Source: Clostridia bacterium
Lineage (GTDB): Bacteria; Bacillota; Clostridia; Oscillospirales; CAG-272
Reading direction: 5' to 3'
NCBI GenBank assembly: GCA_017453005.1
Contig: JAFTKY010000038.1
Coordinates: 4,086-68,085, forward strand
Length of the DNA stretch: 64,000 nucleotides
Shown one piece after another: positions 15,539 to 25,237 of this stretch (its first letter is position 1; each line of letters starts with the position of its first letter). The position numbers and the translations under genes were made by a program. The notes under the pieces were generated by a model. The model was not told the DNA's origin, did no database searches, and saw only the letters and a program-made list of their open reading frames with translations.

Positions 15539-16906
15539 TTATCCCACGCTTATATCCTCGGTGGGGTTTTTTATTATATTATGACTTTTCTTTTTGACGT
15601 TCAGCGCAAATGCAAGCGAAATAGGGCCGACACGGCCGAGATACATCGTCGCTGTGATAATAAGCTTGCCCGCCGTATTAAGCGCGGGAGTAATACCGCG
15701 GGTAAGACCTACGGTTGCGGTAGCGCTTGCCGTCTCGTACAAAATGTCAAGAGCAGAGGCGTCGGTACACGCCGACAGTGCGAGGGTTGACACCATAAGT
15801 ATTGCAAACGACGAGCAAAGCACGGCGACTGCCTTTTTTAGTGTTTCCGTGGAGATGTTTCTGTTAAACAGCGTGACCTCATCCTTGCCGCGCACTGCGG
15901 ATAGTGCGGAGGCGAAAAGCACGGCTACCGTGACCGTCTTGATACCGCCCGCCGTACCCACGGGCGAGCCTCCGATAAACATGAGAATCACACACAGAAT
16001 TGACGAGGCATTCGTGAGATTTTCCTGCGGCACGGACGCAAAGCCCGCCGTCCTTGTAGTGACGGACTGGAAAATGCTGACCTGTATCTTGTCAAACAGC
16101 GACAGGTTGCCTATGGTGACGGGGTTGTTGTACTCAAACGCGAATATCAGGACGGCACCGCCGAGTATCAGAATAAGCGTCGTCCATATCGCAATTTTGC
16201 TGTGAAGCGTGAGCGAGCGCAGGCATTTAAGCCCTTTTCTTTTGAATTCAGGCATGATCCTTGCAATATCCCACCATACGACGTAGCCTATACCGCCGAC
16301 GATTATAAGCGCGCAGGTCACGGCGTTTATCATGGGGTTTGCAGCATAAGAGCAAAGGCTGTCTGCGGCGAATATATCTATACCTGCGTTGCAGAATGCG
16401 GAAACGGAATTGAATATTGATATCCAGATGCCGCGAGCCCCGAAGTCGGGAACAAATACCGTCATATAAAGCAGAGCGCCGATGCCCTCCACGATAAACG
16501 TGCCGATAATTACCTTTTTGACGAACGAGGCAAGCCCCGAGAGTGTGTTGAGATTGAACGCGTCCTGAACGAGGAGCCTCTCGCCAAGTCCCATCTTTTT
16601 TTGGAGAGCGAGCATAAAGCCCGACATTACCGTAATGATACCAAGACCGCCAATCTGTATAAGAATGAGAATGACTGCCTGACCGAATATGCTCCACGTG
16701 CTGAAGGTGGGCAGAGTGACGAGCCCCGTCACACAGGTGGACGTTGTCGCCGTGAACAGCGCGTCGATATAAGGCACGCTGTGACCGCTTGCGGAGCTTA
16801 TGGGAAGCCATAAAAGCAGGCTTCCGACGAGTATTGCCAGCAAAAAGCTCAGCATTATTATCTGCGCGGTGGACAGAGAATGTTTATACGTTTTTTTCAT
16901 ATCCAA
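15539..16906 (-). CDS. trkH: Trk/Ktr potassium uptake system membrane subunit (TrkH/KtrB family), 455 aa
   Basis: Polytopic membrane protein with repeated TxTGF/GGxGG-like selectivity-filter segments (TTSTCVTGL, QIGGLGI, NAGID, FIGGSPVGTAGGIKT). Confidence 0.88.
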   Translation of the reverse strand: MDMKKTYKHSLSTAQIIMLSFLLAILVGSLLLWLPISSASGHSVPYIDALFTATTSTCVTGLVTLPTFSTWSIFGQAVILILIQIGGLGIITVMSGFMLALQKKMGLGERLLVQDAFNLNTLSGLASFVKKVIIGTFIVEGIGALLYMTVFVPDFGARGIWISIFNSVSAFCNAGIDIFAADSLCSYAANPMINAVTCALIIVGGIGYVVWWDIARIMPEFKRKGLKCLRSLTLHSKIAIWTTLILILGGAVLIFAFEYNNPVTIGNLSLFDKIQVSIFQSVTTRTAGFASVPQENLTNASSILCVILMFIGGSPVGTAGGIKTVTVAVLFASALSAVRGKDEVTLFNRNISTETLKKAVAVLCSSFAILMVSTLALSACTDASALDILYETASATATVGLTRGITPALNTAGKLIITATMYLGRVGPISLAFALNVKKKSHNIIKNPTEDISVG

Positions 16907-16932
16907 GCCTTCAAAAATGAATTTGTGTTTAT

Positions 16933-16991
16933 ATTATAGCATTTTTTGAAATGCGTGTCAATATTATAGCATTTTTTGAAATGCGTGTCAA
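16933..16991 (-). promoter_or_regulatory. Two perfect consensus sigma-A promoters in tandem (30-bp exact duplication) upstream of trkH
   Basis: On the minus strand each unit reads TTGACA-cgcatttcaaaaaatgc(17 nt)-TATAAT. The units 16931-16960 and 16961-16990 are identical. Confidence 0.75.
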
Positions 16992-17050
16992 TATCCCGAC
17001 AAATATGCAAAAGCCCCGGTAAAGACCGAGGCTTTGATTTTTGCTTTTTG

Positions 17051-17776
17051 TCAGCACAGGCTGTACGCGTCCTCGTCGCAGATGACTGTTACGTCGGGGT
17101 GCGAGTAAAGGAGGGATGCGGGACAGCGGGGAGTAGGCTCATCCTTGAGGGTCGCCTTGATAGCCGCCGCCTTGGACTTGCCCGAGGCGAGAATAATAAT
17201 CTTGCGAGCCTTCATAATGCTCTGTATTCCCATCGTGAGCGCACGGGTGGGAACGTCTGCCTCGCTCTCGAAAAATCTCGCGTTTGCCTTTATGGTGCTT
17301 TCGGTGAGATTTTCCATGTGCGTGAAGGGGATAGGATTGTCACTCGGCTCGTTGAAGCCGATGTGACCGTTCTGACCGATACCGAGCACCTGAATGTCCA
17401 TTCCGCCGAGCTCGTCGATTTTGTCCTCGTGCGCCTTGCAGGCTGCCTCGGGGTCTTGCGCAAGCCCGTTGGGAACGTATGTGTTTGCCTTGTCAATATT
17501 GACGTGGTCAAACAGATGGGTGTTCATAAAGTAGCGGTAGCTTTGGTCGTTTTCGGGTGCGAGGGGATAATACTCGTCAAGATTTACCGAGCTTACCTTG
17601 GAAAAGTCGAGCTTTCCTTCGCGGTAAAGCGCAACGAGGTTTGCGTAAAGTCCCTCGGGAGTGCTTCCCGTAGCGAGACCGAGCACGCAGTCGGGCTTAT
17701 TCGATATAACGTCATACATTATATCGGTAGCCACGTTTGACATTTCGTTGTAGTCTTTTACAACAATAACTTTCAT
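17051..17776 (-). CDS. nagB: Glucosamine-6-phosphate deaminase
   Basis: MKVIVVKDY.EMS..A...........KP..VLGLATGSTP.G.Y..L.......LDFS.V...NLDEY is the NagB signature. 241 aa. Confidence 0.92.
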   Translation of the reverse strand: MKVIVVKDYNEMSNVATDIMYDVISNKPDCVLGLATGSTPEGLYANLVALYREGKLDFSKVSSVNLDEYYPLAPENDQSYRYFMNTHLFDHVNIDKANTYVPNGLAQDPEAACKAHEDKIDELGGMDIQVLGIGQNGHIGFNEPSDNPIPFTHMENLTESTIKANARFFESEADVPTRALTMGIQSIMKARKIIILASGKSKAAAIKATLKDEPTPRCPASLLYSHPDVTVICDEDAYSLC

Positions 17777-17793
17777 ATGTACCTCACATATAT

Positions 17794-18945
17794 TTAGATT
17801 ACTCTCACGCGGATAATTCCTTCGGTAGAGTTAAGTTTTGCGAGAATTTCGTCGTTTGCGGTGCCGACTATGTCAAGCATAGTATACGCCGCGTCGCCGC
17901 GGGACTTGTTGGTCATGTTCTCAATGTTGATACCGCACTCGGAGAAGGCTGCGGTAATAGTTGAGAGCATTGCGGGGATGTTCTTGTGGAGAACGCAGAT
18001 ACGGCAGTCGGTGCTTCTGGGCATGGAGACTGCGGGGAAGTTTACGCTGTTCTTGATGTTACCGTTTGTAAGGTAATCGTCAAGCTGGAGAGCCGCCATG
18101 ACTGCGCAGTTGTCCTCGGACTCCTCGGTGGATGCGCCGAGGTGGGGGATAGCTACAACTCCCGGAACGCCGAGCACGTCTTCCGTGGGGAAGTCGGTAA
18201 CGTACGCCGATACCTTGCCGCTTGCAAGCGCCGCCTTGAGGTCGTCAGCGTTTACGAGGTCTGCACGGGAGAAGTTGAGTATCTTGACTCCGTCCTTCAT
18301 AAGCGAGATGGTGTCCTTGTTTATCATGCCCTTGGTCTGGGGCGTGGAGGGAACGTGAAGCGTGATAAAGTCTGCTTCCTTATATATGGTATCGTATGTC
18401 GCACCCTTGCGGACGTGGTGGTTCAGGTTCCATGCGCCCTCAACCGAAAGGTAGGGGTCGCAGCCGACGACGTCCATGCCGAGGTGGACGGCTGTGTTTG
18501 CAACGAGGCCGCCTATCGCACCAAGACCGATTATACCGAGGGTCTTGCCGCGAACCTCAGTGCCTGCGAACTTGCTCTTGCCCTTTTCAACCGTCTTTGC
18601 AACGTCCTCGGTGAGCGTTTTCGCCCACTCAATACCGCCTGCTACGTTACGGGCCGCGAGCATAAGACCGCAGATAACGAGCTCCTTTACGCCGTTTGCG
18701 TTGGCACCGGGAGTGTTGAAAACGACGATGCCCTCGTCTGTGCATCTGTCAAGGGGGATGTTATTTACACCCGCGCCTGCTCTTGCGATAGCGAGCAATT
18801 CGGGGTTGAAGGCGTATTCGTGCATGACTGCAGAGCGGACCATGATGCCCGCGGGGCTTGCTACGTCCTCGCCTACGGCGTATCTGTCGGCGGGAAGTCT
18901 GTCCGTGCCGACCTTTGCGATTTTATTGAGAAGCTTTATATTCAT
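17794..18945 (-). CDS. serA: D-3-phosphoglycerate dehydrogenase with C-terminal ACT domain (383 aa)
   Basis: NAD motif GIIGLGAIGGLVA, 2-hydroxyacid dehydrogenase core and an ACT-like tail. The start is moved to the ATG at 18945 (MNIKLLNK) because the ORF-track extension reads through a family-A repeat. Confidence 0.85.
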   Translation of the reverse strand: MNIKLLNKIAKVGTDRLPADRYAVGEDVASPAGIMVRSAVMHEYAFNPELLAIARAGAGVNNIPLDRCTDEGIVVFNTPGANANGVKELVICGLMLAARNVAGGIEWAKTLTEDVAKTVEKGKSKFAGTEVRGKTLGIIGLGAIGGLVANTAVHLGMDVVGCDPYLSVEGAWNLNHHVRKGATYDTIYKEADFITLHVPSTPQTKGMINKDTISLMKDGVKILNFSRADLVNADDLKAALASGKVSAYVTDFPTEDVLGVPGVVAIPHLGASTEESEDNCAVMAALQLDDYLTNGNIKNSVNFPAVSMPRSTDCRICVLHKNIPAMLSTITAAFSECGINIENMTNKSRGDAAYTMLDIVGTANDEILAKLNSTEGIIRVRVI

Positions 18946-18967
18946 GACTGTTGATCCTTTCTTTGAA

Positions 18968-19045
18968 TAGCCTTCCCCAAGGCAGGGAAAGGGGGACCGC
19001 GATAGCGGTGGATGAGGATGCACTGTTTATTATTGCATCACATCT
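18968..19045 (+). repeat. Family-A double-hairpin element (copy without heptamers) between serC and serA
   Basis: TAGCCTTCCCC-aaggca-GGGAAAGGGGGACCGC-gata-GCGGTGGATGAGGATGCAC... Confidence 0.85.
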
Positions 19046-19049
19046 GCTT

Positions 19050-20147
19050 TCACGCCTTGGGATTTTCCTCTGCGAACTTTTTCATAAATTCAACGAGAGC
19101 AACGACGCCGTCGTAGGGCATAGCGTTGTAAATAGACGCTCTCATACCGCCGACGGAGCGGTGTCCCTTGAGGTTTTTAAGTCCCGCAGCTGCCGCCTCG
19201 GAGGCGAACTTCTTGTCAAGGTCTGCGTCTCCCGTGACGAAGGTTACGTTCATCATGGAGCGGGAGTCTGCCTTTACGGGAGCCTTGTAGTAGTCCTGAG
19301 TATCAAGGTAATCATAAAGAACTGCCGCCTTCTTTTCGTTCATTTCCTTCATTACGTCAAGGCCTCCGATGGAGTTTATCCATTCGTAAACCAGACCTGC
19401 CATGTAAATAGCGTAGCAGGGAGGCGTGTTATACATAGAGCCGTTGTCAGCCATTACCTTCCAGTCAAGCATTGTGGGGATAGTCTCGTCGGCGTAGCCG
19501 AGAAGGTCCTCGCGCACTATCACGAGGGTAAGTCCTGCGGGAGCCATGTTCTTCTGCGCGCCTGCGTAGATGACGCCGAACCTGGATACGTCTATAGGCT
19601 CGGATATGATGCAGGACGACAGGTCGGCAACGAGCGGAACGTCTCCCGTGTCGGGAATATAGGAATATTTCGTGCCGTAAATGGTGTTGTTGAAGCAGAT
19701 GTGAAGATAGGACGCGTCCTGGTCTACCATATCCTTCGTAATTACGGGCACATGGTCAAAATTGTCTTCCTTTGTGGTCGCGATGCACTTTGCGTTAAAG
19801 CCCATCTTCTGCGCTTCCTTGTAAGCCTTGCCCGAGAACTGACCCGATACCGCGTAAAGAGCCTTTTTTGCGGGCTTCAGATTTATAAGGTTTAAGGGAA
19901 TAGCGGAGAACTGTGTGGAGGCGCCGCCCTGAAGGAAAAGAACCTTGTAATTGTCGGGGATGTTCATAAGAGTGCGGAGGTTTGCCTCTGCCGCAGCTAT
20001 GATCTTTTCGTAATCGGGGGAACGGTGGCTCATTTCCATAACGGACATTCCCGACTCACCGTAGCATATAAGCTCGCTCTGTGCGCGCTGGAGCACGGGC
20101 ATGGGAAGCATTGACGGACCTGCTGAAAAATTGTAAACTCTGTTCAT
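19050..20147 (-). CDS. serC: Phosphoserine aminotransferase
   Basis: N-terminus YNFSAGPSMLP..VL..AQ.E and 365 aa; typical SerC. Forms a serC-serA operon. Confidence 0.92.
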   Translation of the reverse strand: MNRVYNFSAGPSMLPMPVLQRAQSELICYGESGMSVMEMSHRSPDYEKIIAAAEANLRTLMNIPDNYKVLFLQGGASTQFSAIPLNLINLKPAKKALYAVSGQFSGKAYKEAQKMGFNAKCIATTKEDNFDHVPVITKDMVDQDASYLHICFNNTIYGTKYSYIPDTGDVPLVADLSSCIISEPIDVSRFGVIYAGAQKNMAPAGLTLVIVREDLLGYADETIPTMLDWKVMADNGSMYNTPPCYAIYMAGLVYEWINSIGGLDVMKEMNEKKAAVLYDYLDTQDYYKAPVKADSRSMMNVTFVTGDADLDKKFASEAAAAGLKNLKGHRSVGGMRASIYNAMPYDGVVALVEFMKKFAEENPKA

Positions 20148-20207
20148 GTGAAAGAACCTCCGTGGGAATTATTCTCCCGCCTGCGCGGGAGGCTTTGATT
20201 ACTTCTC

Positions 20208-20236
20208 ATTATATATCAAAATCCGTCGGCAGTCAA
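20208..20236 (-). promoter_or_regulatory. Promoter of serC-serA
   Basis: Minus strand TTGACT-17 nt-TATAAT. A short leader contains the hairpin CTCCCGC-gcag-GCGGGAG before the GGAGG RBS. Confidence 0.65.
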
Positions 20237-20388
20237 GGAATTTTTTTATGTTTGTATAATTTGACATAAAAAATCATGCCGTGAAATGAATTTTGGTAAC
20301 TTTTTAGCGTTTTAAAGCGATAAATTGCCAGCTTGCCCAACATGAGGAAAAAACAACGCATCAAAGCCATAAAACTTGTGCAAAATCA

Positions 20389-20417
20389 TTGACAAGCATA
20401 GGAAAATTTGATATAAT
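20389..20417 (+). promoter_or_regulatory. Perfect consensus promoter for the 20488 gene
   Basis: TTGACA-17 nt-TATAAT read directly. Confidence 0.7.
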
Positions 20418-20487
20418 TAAATTTAACCGTGGGCATTTTTGCTTTGGTGAAAACAACGAGTGACAAAAATCAAAGGGGAGGATAGCC

Positions 20488-21339
20488 ATGTCAGAAATCA
20501 GAATATGCGCGCCGTCAAGAATTTACGGCTCGTACAACGGCGGCAGATTTTCGGCTCGCGCGATGATAGAATATATGTCAAAAATAGGCTTTGACGGTGT
20601 GGATATCTCTCTGGAGAGCGTCGACGTCCTTGACGACAGCTACAAAAGCGTATATTACAGCGTAAAGACTGCGGCAAGGGCAAGGGGGCTTGAGATCCCA
20701 TCGTGTCACCTTCCGTATTATATGCCGGACCCGTCTGATAAGGTTCTCATGGAGGGCTTTTCAAAGCAGCTCAAAAAGGGAATTGACATCGCCGCACACA
20801 TAGAGATACCGCTCGCGGTCATTCACCCCATCGCTCTGCACGCAAAAAGCGTCACTGCAGAGGAGTGGGCGCGAAGAAATCTTGAATTTCTTGCACCGAT
20901 ATGTCAGCACGCGCGACAGAGAGGCGTGAAGCTTCTTATTGAGAACATGGCGAGTAATTGCGAGGGCGACGGTGACCACCTCTTTGGCAGTAACGCGACT
21001 GAGATTGCCGCGCTTGCGGACGCGCTCGGCGTCGGCTGCTGCTGGGATTTCGGACACGCAAATCTTTCGCACAGAGGCGAGGATGAGGTCAAGCTCCTCG
21101 GAGACAGACTAAGTCTTGTTCACGTGCATGACAATAACGGATATACGGACTCCCACCTGCCGCCCTTTGAGGGAAGCGTAAATTGGGAGTGTGCGATGAA
21201 GTCGCTGAAGGAAATGGGATACAGGGGCTATCTCAACATAGAAATGTCGGCGTGGGCACTGTCCCCCGACGAGTATATACGCGAGCAGTTCGGCAGAAAA
21301 ACGCTCTACCTCGGACAGAGGCTCGCGTCAATGATATAG
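20488..21339 (+). CDS. Sugar phosphate isomerase/epimerase family protein (xylose isomerase-like TIM barrel), 283 aa
   Basis: Pattern ...GFDGV..S........ ...HP.....ENM...... ...D.GH......HVHDN.G..D.HL.P..G..NW fits the AP_endonuc_2/TIM-barrel family. The stop TAG is the first 3 nt of a family-A repeat. Confidence 0.7.
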   Translation: MSEIRICAPSRIYGSYNGGRFSARAMIEYMSKIGFDGVDISLESVDVLDDSYKSVYYSVKTAARARGLEIPSCHLPYYMPDPSDKVLMEGFSKQLKKGIDIAAHIEIPLAVIHPIALHAKSVTAEEWARRNLEFLAPICQHARQRGVKLLIENMASNCEGDGDHLFGSNATEIAALADALGVGCCWDFGHANLSHRGEDEVKLLGDRLSLVHVHDNNGYTDSHLPPFEGSVNWECAMKSLKEMGYRGYLNIEMSAWALSPDEYIREQFGRKTLYLGQRLASMI

Positions 21340-21422
21340 CCTTCCCCTTGGGGGGGAAGGTGGCGCGACCTTGCGGTCGCGACGGATAAGGCGGTTGATG
21401 AGGCTGCCGAACTGCCTTATCT
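21337..21422 (+). repeat. Family-A double-hairpin element (variant stem 2)
   Basis: TAGCCTTCCCC-ttg-GGGGGGAAGGTGGCGCGACC-ttgc-GGTCGCGACGGATAAGG... Confidence 0.85.
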
Positions 21423-21479
21423 TACTTCACACTAAAAAAAAGAATACCTCACGCCGCAAGGCAGAACGGAGAGAATACA

Positions 21480-22931
21480 ATGATTTTATACAATTCGGCA
21501 ACGAGAAAAAGAGAAGAATTCATACCCCGCGAGGCGGGCAAGGTCAGCATGTATACCTGCGGACCCACCGTATATCACTTCGCTCATATAGGAAACCTCC
21601 GAACCTATATTATGGAGGACGTGCTTGAAAAGTACCTTTCCTACACGGGACTTGACGTTACCCGAGTTATGAACATCACCGACGTGGGACACCTGTCCAG
21701 CGACGGAGACGAGGGCGAGGACAAAATGCTCAAGGGTGCAAAGCGCGAGAAAAAGACGGTGCTTGAAATAGCAAAGTTTTATACCGACGCGTTCTTTGCG
21801 GACTGTGCAAAGCTCAACATAAAGACGCCCGCGATAGTCAAGCCCGCGACGGAGTGCATACCCGAATTTATCGCGCTCGTAGAGGGTCTTCTTGAACGCG
21901 GATACGCGTACGAGGCAGGCGGAAACGTGTACTTTGATACGTCAAAGCTTCAGCAGTATTATATCTTCAACGACTTTGAGGAGGACGACCTTGAGGTGGG
22001 CGTCCGCGAGGGCGTTGAGGGCGACGCAAACAAGAGAAACAAGGCGGACTTCGTGCTTTGGTTTACAAAGTCAAAGTTTGATTCGCAGGAGCTCAAGTGG
22101 GAGTCTCCCTGGGGCGTAGGCTATCCCGGCTGGCATATTGAGTGCTCGGGAATAAGCATGAAATATCTTGGCGAATATCTTGATATACACTGCGGCGGAA
22201 TTGACAACCAGTTCCCCCACCATACCAACGAGATAGCGCAGACGGAGTCCTTCGTAGGACACAAGTGGTGCAATCATTGGTTCCACGTATATCACCTCAA
22301 TACAAGCTCAGGCAAGATGTCCAAGTCCACGGGTGAGTTCTTGACGGTCTCGCTTCTTGAGTCCAAGGGCTATAACCCCTTGGCGTACAGATTCTTCTGC
22401 TTGCAGTCGCACTACAGAAAGAACCTTGTATTCACGTATGAAAACCTTGATAATGCAACGGTCTCCTACAATAAGTTCATAGCGAGACTTGCACAGCTTG
22501 ACCCCGCCGACGGAGAGATAGACGAGGCAATGTTTGCAGAGGGCAAAAAGAAATTTACCGACGCGCTTGACAACGACCTCAACACCTCTCTTGCAGTCAC
22601 GGCGCTCTACGACGTGCTCAAGCTCAAGACCAACGGCAAAACCAAGCTTGCGCTCGTTGAGGACTTTGACAGAGTTATGTCCTGCGGATTTATCGCCGCG
22701 GCAGAAAAGGTAAGGGCCGAGAAAAAGGCAGAGGAAGAAAAGAAAAAGGCAGAATGTGCGTATGACGAGAGCGACCCCTTCGTGCAGGAAATTCTTTCTC
22801 TTATCGAGGCGCGAAAGCAGGCAAAGAAGGACAAGAATTTTGCCGAGGCTGACCGCATCCGCCAGTACCTTCTCGATAAGGGCGTAACGCTTATTGACTC
22901 GCGCGAGGGAACGACCTTCAAAATCGACTGA
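21480..22931 (+). CDS. cysS: Cysteine--tRNA ligase
   Basis: HIGH-type motif (FAHIGNLRTY) and KMSKS (GKMSKSTG). 483 aa. Confidence 0.95.
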   Translation: MILYNSATRKREEFIPREAGKVSMYTCGPTVYHFAHIGNLRTYIMEDVLEKYLSYTGLDVTRVMNITDVGHLSSDGDEGEDKMLKGAKREKKTVLEIAKFYTDAFFADCAKLNIKTPAIVKPATECIPEFIALVEGLLERGYAYEAGGNVYFDTSKLQQYYIFNDFEEDDLEVGVREGVEGDANKRNKADFVLWFTKSKFDSQELKWESPWGVGYPGWHIECSGISMKYLGEYLDIHCGGIDNQFPHHTNEIAQTESFVGHKWCNHWFHVYHLNTSSGKMSKSTGEFLTVSLLESKGYNPLAYRFFCLQSHYRKNLVFTYENLDNATVSYNKFIARLAQLDPADGEIDEAMFAEGKKKFTDALDNDLNTSLAVTALYDVLKLKTNGKTKLALVEDFDRVMSCGFIAAAEKVRAEKKAEEEKKKAECAYDESDPFVQEILSLIEARKQAKKDKNFAEADRIRQYLLDKGVTLIDSREGTTFKID

Positions 22932-22944
22932 TCTGGAGACGGGA

Positions 22945-23466
22945 ATGAGTAAAATAAAGGATATTTACGAAAAGCACAAGGTTGTCATAAAATATCTTGT
23001 GTTTGGAGTTATAACGACCGTCGTGTCGTTTTCCGCGTTCTATATCTGCCTTTGGGTGGCGACGGAATTTTTCGGCGCGCTTGAGCACGGTAAGGACAGC
23101 ACCCGATACCTCGTCGCAAATATCGTGGCGAATATTATCAAATGGTGCGCGGGAGTGCTGACGGCGTTCTTTACGAACAAAAAGTGGGTATTCAACGATG
23201 CGGACAATAGTGTTTCCACACCAAAGCAGCTGCTTGTGTTTGCGGAGGGCAGAGTGCTCACGCTCGTTATGGCGCTGATACTTCAGTACCTGTTGGAGCT
23301 TTTGTTTGCGGTGATAATCACAAAGGATATGACGGTATTCGGGCTCGTCTTTACCGCCGAGATAATCGGCACGACAGTCGCGCTTGTTATTTACTCGGTA
23401 ATCGAGATAATCGCAAATTATTATTTCAGTAAGCTCATAGTTTTCAAAAAGAAAAAGGACGAATAA
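22945..23466 (+). CDS. GtrA-family membrane protein (173 aa)
   Basis: KYLVFGVITTVVSF..FY......... plus four TM helices typical of GtrA-like proteins. ATG at 22945 chosen over the upstream ORF-track start that overlaps cysS. Confidence 0.7.
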   Translation: MSKIKDIYEKHKVVIKYLVFGVITTVVSFSAFYICLWVATEFFGALEHGKDSTRYLVANIVANIIKWCAGVLTAFFTNKKWVFNDADNSVSTPKQLLVFAEGRVLTLVMALILQYLLELLFAVIITKDMTVFGLVFTAEIIGTTVALVIYSVIEIIANYYFSKLIVFKKKKDE

Positions 23467-23471
23467 TAAAC

Positions 23472-23514
23472 AATCATGTCGGAGAGGATAATCCCTTTCC
23501 GACATGATTTTTGC
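23472..23514 (+). terminator. Rho-independent terminator after the gtrA-like gene
   Basis: AATCATGTCGGA-(14 nt)-TCCGACATGATT followed by a T-rich run. Confidence 0.75.
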
Positions 23515-23582
23515 TTTTTAAGTGCAAAAGCAAACAAAGAGTGAACAAAGAGTAAATATTCGTTCACAAAAACTTGACAATG

Positions 23583-23611
23583 CGCAGGCAAGATATTAAA
23601 ATAATTATATA
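23583..23611 (+). promoter_or_regulatory. Promoter of yicC-remA-rpoZ...
   Basis: TTGACA-17 nt-TAAAAT. Confidence 0.6.
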
Positions 23612-23637
23612 TGCTTATTTACAGAAAGGCGTAAACT

Positions 23638-24522
23638 ATGCTGAAAAGTATGACATCCTTCGGGAGAAGCAGACAGAGCATCAACGGCAAGGATATATGC
23701 GTTGAGATAAAGTCTGTCAACAACCGATACTTTGACTGTCAGGTAAAGCTTCCGAGAGCTTATTCCCATCTTGAACAAAAGATAAAGCCCTATCTGCAGG
23801 GCAGAGGAATATCGCGAGGAAAGGTCGACGTGTTCGTGACCGTTGATTTTGCAGAGGCGACCGACACCGAAATTACAGTAAACACCGAATATGCCGAGAG
23901 ATATATCGCGGCACTCCAAAAGCTCAAGAGAGATTTTGGGCTTAGCGGCAAAATAACCGTTATGGACGTTGCAAAGGCTCCCGACGTTCTGACCTTCAAA
24001 AAGAAGGATGAAGACGAGCACGATTGGGAGGACCTTAGCGCTGTTCTTTCTGCGGCGGCTGACGCGTTCCTTGGTGCGAGAGTGTCCGAGGGAGAGCGGA
24101 TCAGAGCGGACCTTGAGGGCAAGGCGGCGCACATAAAAGACGTTGTGGAGCAGATAAAGACGCTGTCCGAGAGTGACATAGGCGGCTACAAGGCGAGACT
24201 TGAGGAAAAGCTTCGCGCGGTGCTTGCGGATAACAACGTCACGGTTGACGAGAACAGAATACTCACCGAGTGCGCAATATACGCCGATAAAGCGGCTATT
24301 GACGAGGAGCTTGTGAGACTTGGCTCGCATTTTGAGGCGTTTGACGGTTATCTTAACTCCGACGAGCCCGTCGGACGAAGTCTGGATTTTCTGTTGCAGG
24401 AAATGAACCGCGAGATAAACACCGTCGGCTCAAAATGTGCAAACGCGTCTATTGCAAAGCTTGTGGTCGAGGTCAAGACCGAGCTTGAAAAGATACGCGA
24501 GCAGATACAGAACATAGAGTAA
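23638..24522 (+). CDS. yicC: YicC/YloC-family endoribonuclease (294 aa)
   Basis: MLKSMTSFGR......... ...EIKSVNNRY.D....LP......E and C-terminal LLQEMNREINT.GSK are YicC hallmarks. Confidence 0.9.
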   Translation: MLKSMTSFGRSRQSINGKDICVEIKSVNNRYFDCQVKLPRAYSHLEQKIKPYLQGRGISRGKVDVFVTVDFAEATDTEITVNTEYAERYIAALQKLKRDFGLSGKITVMDVAKAPDVLTFKKKDEDEHDWEDLSAVLSAAADAFLGARVSEGERIRADLEGKAAHIKDVVEQIKTLSESDIGGYKARLEEKLRAVLADNNVTVDENRILTECAIYADKAAIDEELVRLGSHFEAFDGYLNSDEPVGRSLDFLLQEMNREINTVGSKCANASIAKLVVEVKTELEKIREQIQNIE

Positions 24523-24567
24523 GTGCAGAGCAGACAAAGTGCAGAGTGCAGAGTGCAGAGTTAAGAC
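24523..24567 (+). repeat. GTGCAGA-type heptamer array immediately after the yicC stop
   Basis: GTGCAGAGCAGACAAAGTGCAGAGTGCAGAGTGCAGAGTTAAGA read directly. Confidence 0.85.
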
Positions 24568-24587
24568 AATAATCTAAGGAGCAGAAA

Positions 24588-24860
24588 ATGAAATTTATAA
24601 ACATAGGCTACGGCAACATGATCGCCGTTGAGCGAATAATCGCAATAGCAAGTCCCGAGAGCGCACCCATAAAGCGTCTCATTCAGGACTCAAAGGACGC
24701 GGGCCGCGTTATTGACGTCACCTGCGGCAGAAAGACCAGAGCGGTGGTCATCACCGACTCCGACCACGTCATTCTCTCAATGCTTCAGGCGGAGACGATT
24801 GCAAACAGACTTGACTCCGACGATACGCTCGACGAGGCAGACGATACCGACGAAAACTAA
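24588..24860 (+). CDS. remA: RemA/YlzA (DUF370) family regulator (90 aa)
   Basis: [56 protein letters not shown] closely follows the RemA family pattern. Confidence 0.9.
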   Translation: MKFINIGYGNMIAVERIIAIASPESAPIKRLIQDSKDAGRVIDVTCGRKTRAVVITDSDHVILSMLQAETIANRLDSDDTLDEADDTDEN

Positions 24861-24901
24861 TTTGAAAAATAAATCACAATAATAAACAGAGGAGAAAAAT
24901 C

Positions 24902-25204
24902 ATGCTTTATCCAACAATAAACGAGCTTACAAAGGGACAGTTCAACAGATACGAGCTTTCGCTCGCAACCGCAAAGTGCGCGCGCATAGTAACAGACGAG
25001 TACGTTCAGCAGCGCGAGGATGCGGAGCACGCAACGGCAGGCGGTAAGGACAGCGACCATCCCATCAACACGATGATCGACAAGGACCTTCGCGATGACA
25101 AGGCAGTAAAGACTGCGATCAAGAGGATCCACGAGGGCGACTACGTTATCGTAAGACGCGAGGCAGAGGAGACTGCTCCCGAGACCGCAGAGGACTGCGA
25201 ATAA
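24902..25204 (+). CDS. rpoZ: DNA-directed RNA polymerase subunit omega
   Basis: MLYPTINEL.....NRY.L...TAK.AR N-terminus, 100 aa, and synteny with yicC-remA. Confidence 0.85.
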   Translation: MLYPTINELTKGQFNRYELSLATAKCARIVTDEYVQQREDAEHATAGGKDSDHPINTMIDKDLRDDKAVKTAIKRIHEGDYVIVRREAEETAPETAEDCE

Positions 25205-25237
25205 TTCTTATTTGAAAAATTTCAGAGGAGGTGTAGT

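Noticed and set aside
17986-19895. Plus-strand ORFs of 322 aa and 314 aa opposite serA and serC
   Set aside because: The minus-strand products have unmistakable SerA/SerC motifs. The plus-strand translations are Val/Cys/Arg-rich shadows typical of GC-rich DNA.
21340-21479. Possible T-box leader upstream of cysS
   Set aside because: Only about 140 nt are available, and most of it is a family-A repeat. No specifier loop, T-box sequence (AANNNGGTGGTACCGCG-like) or terminator/antiterminator pair is visible.
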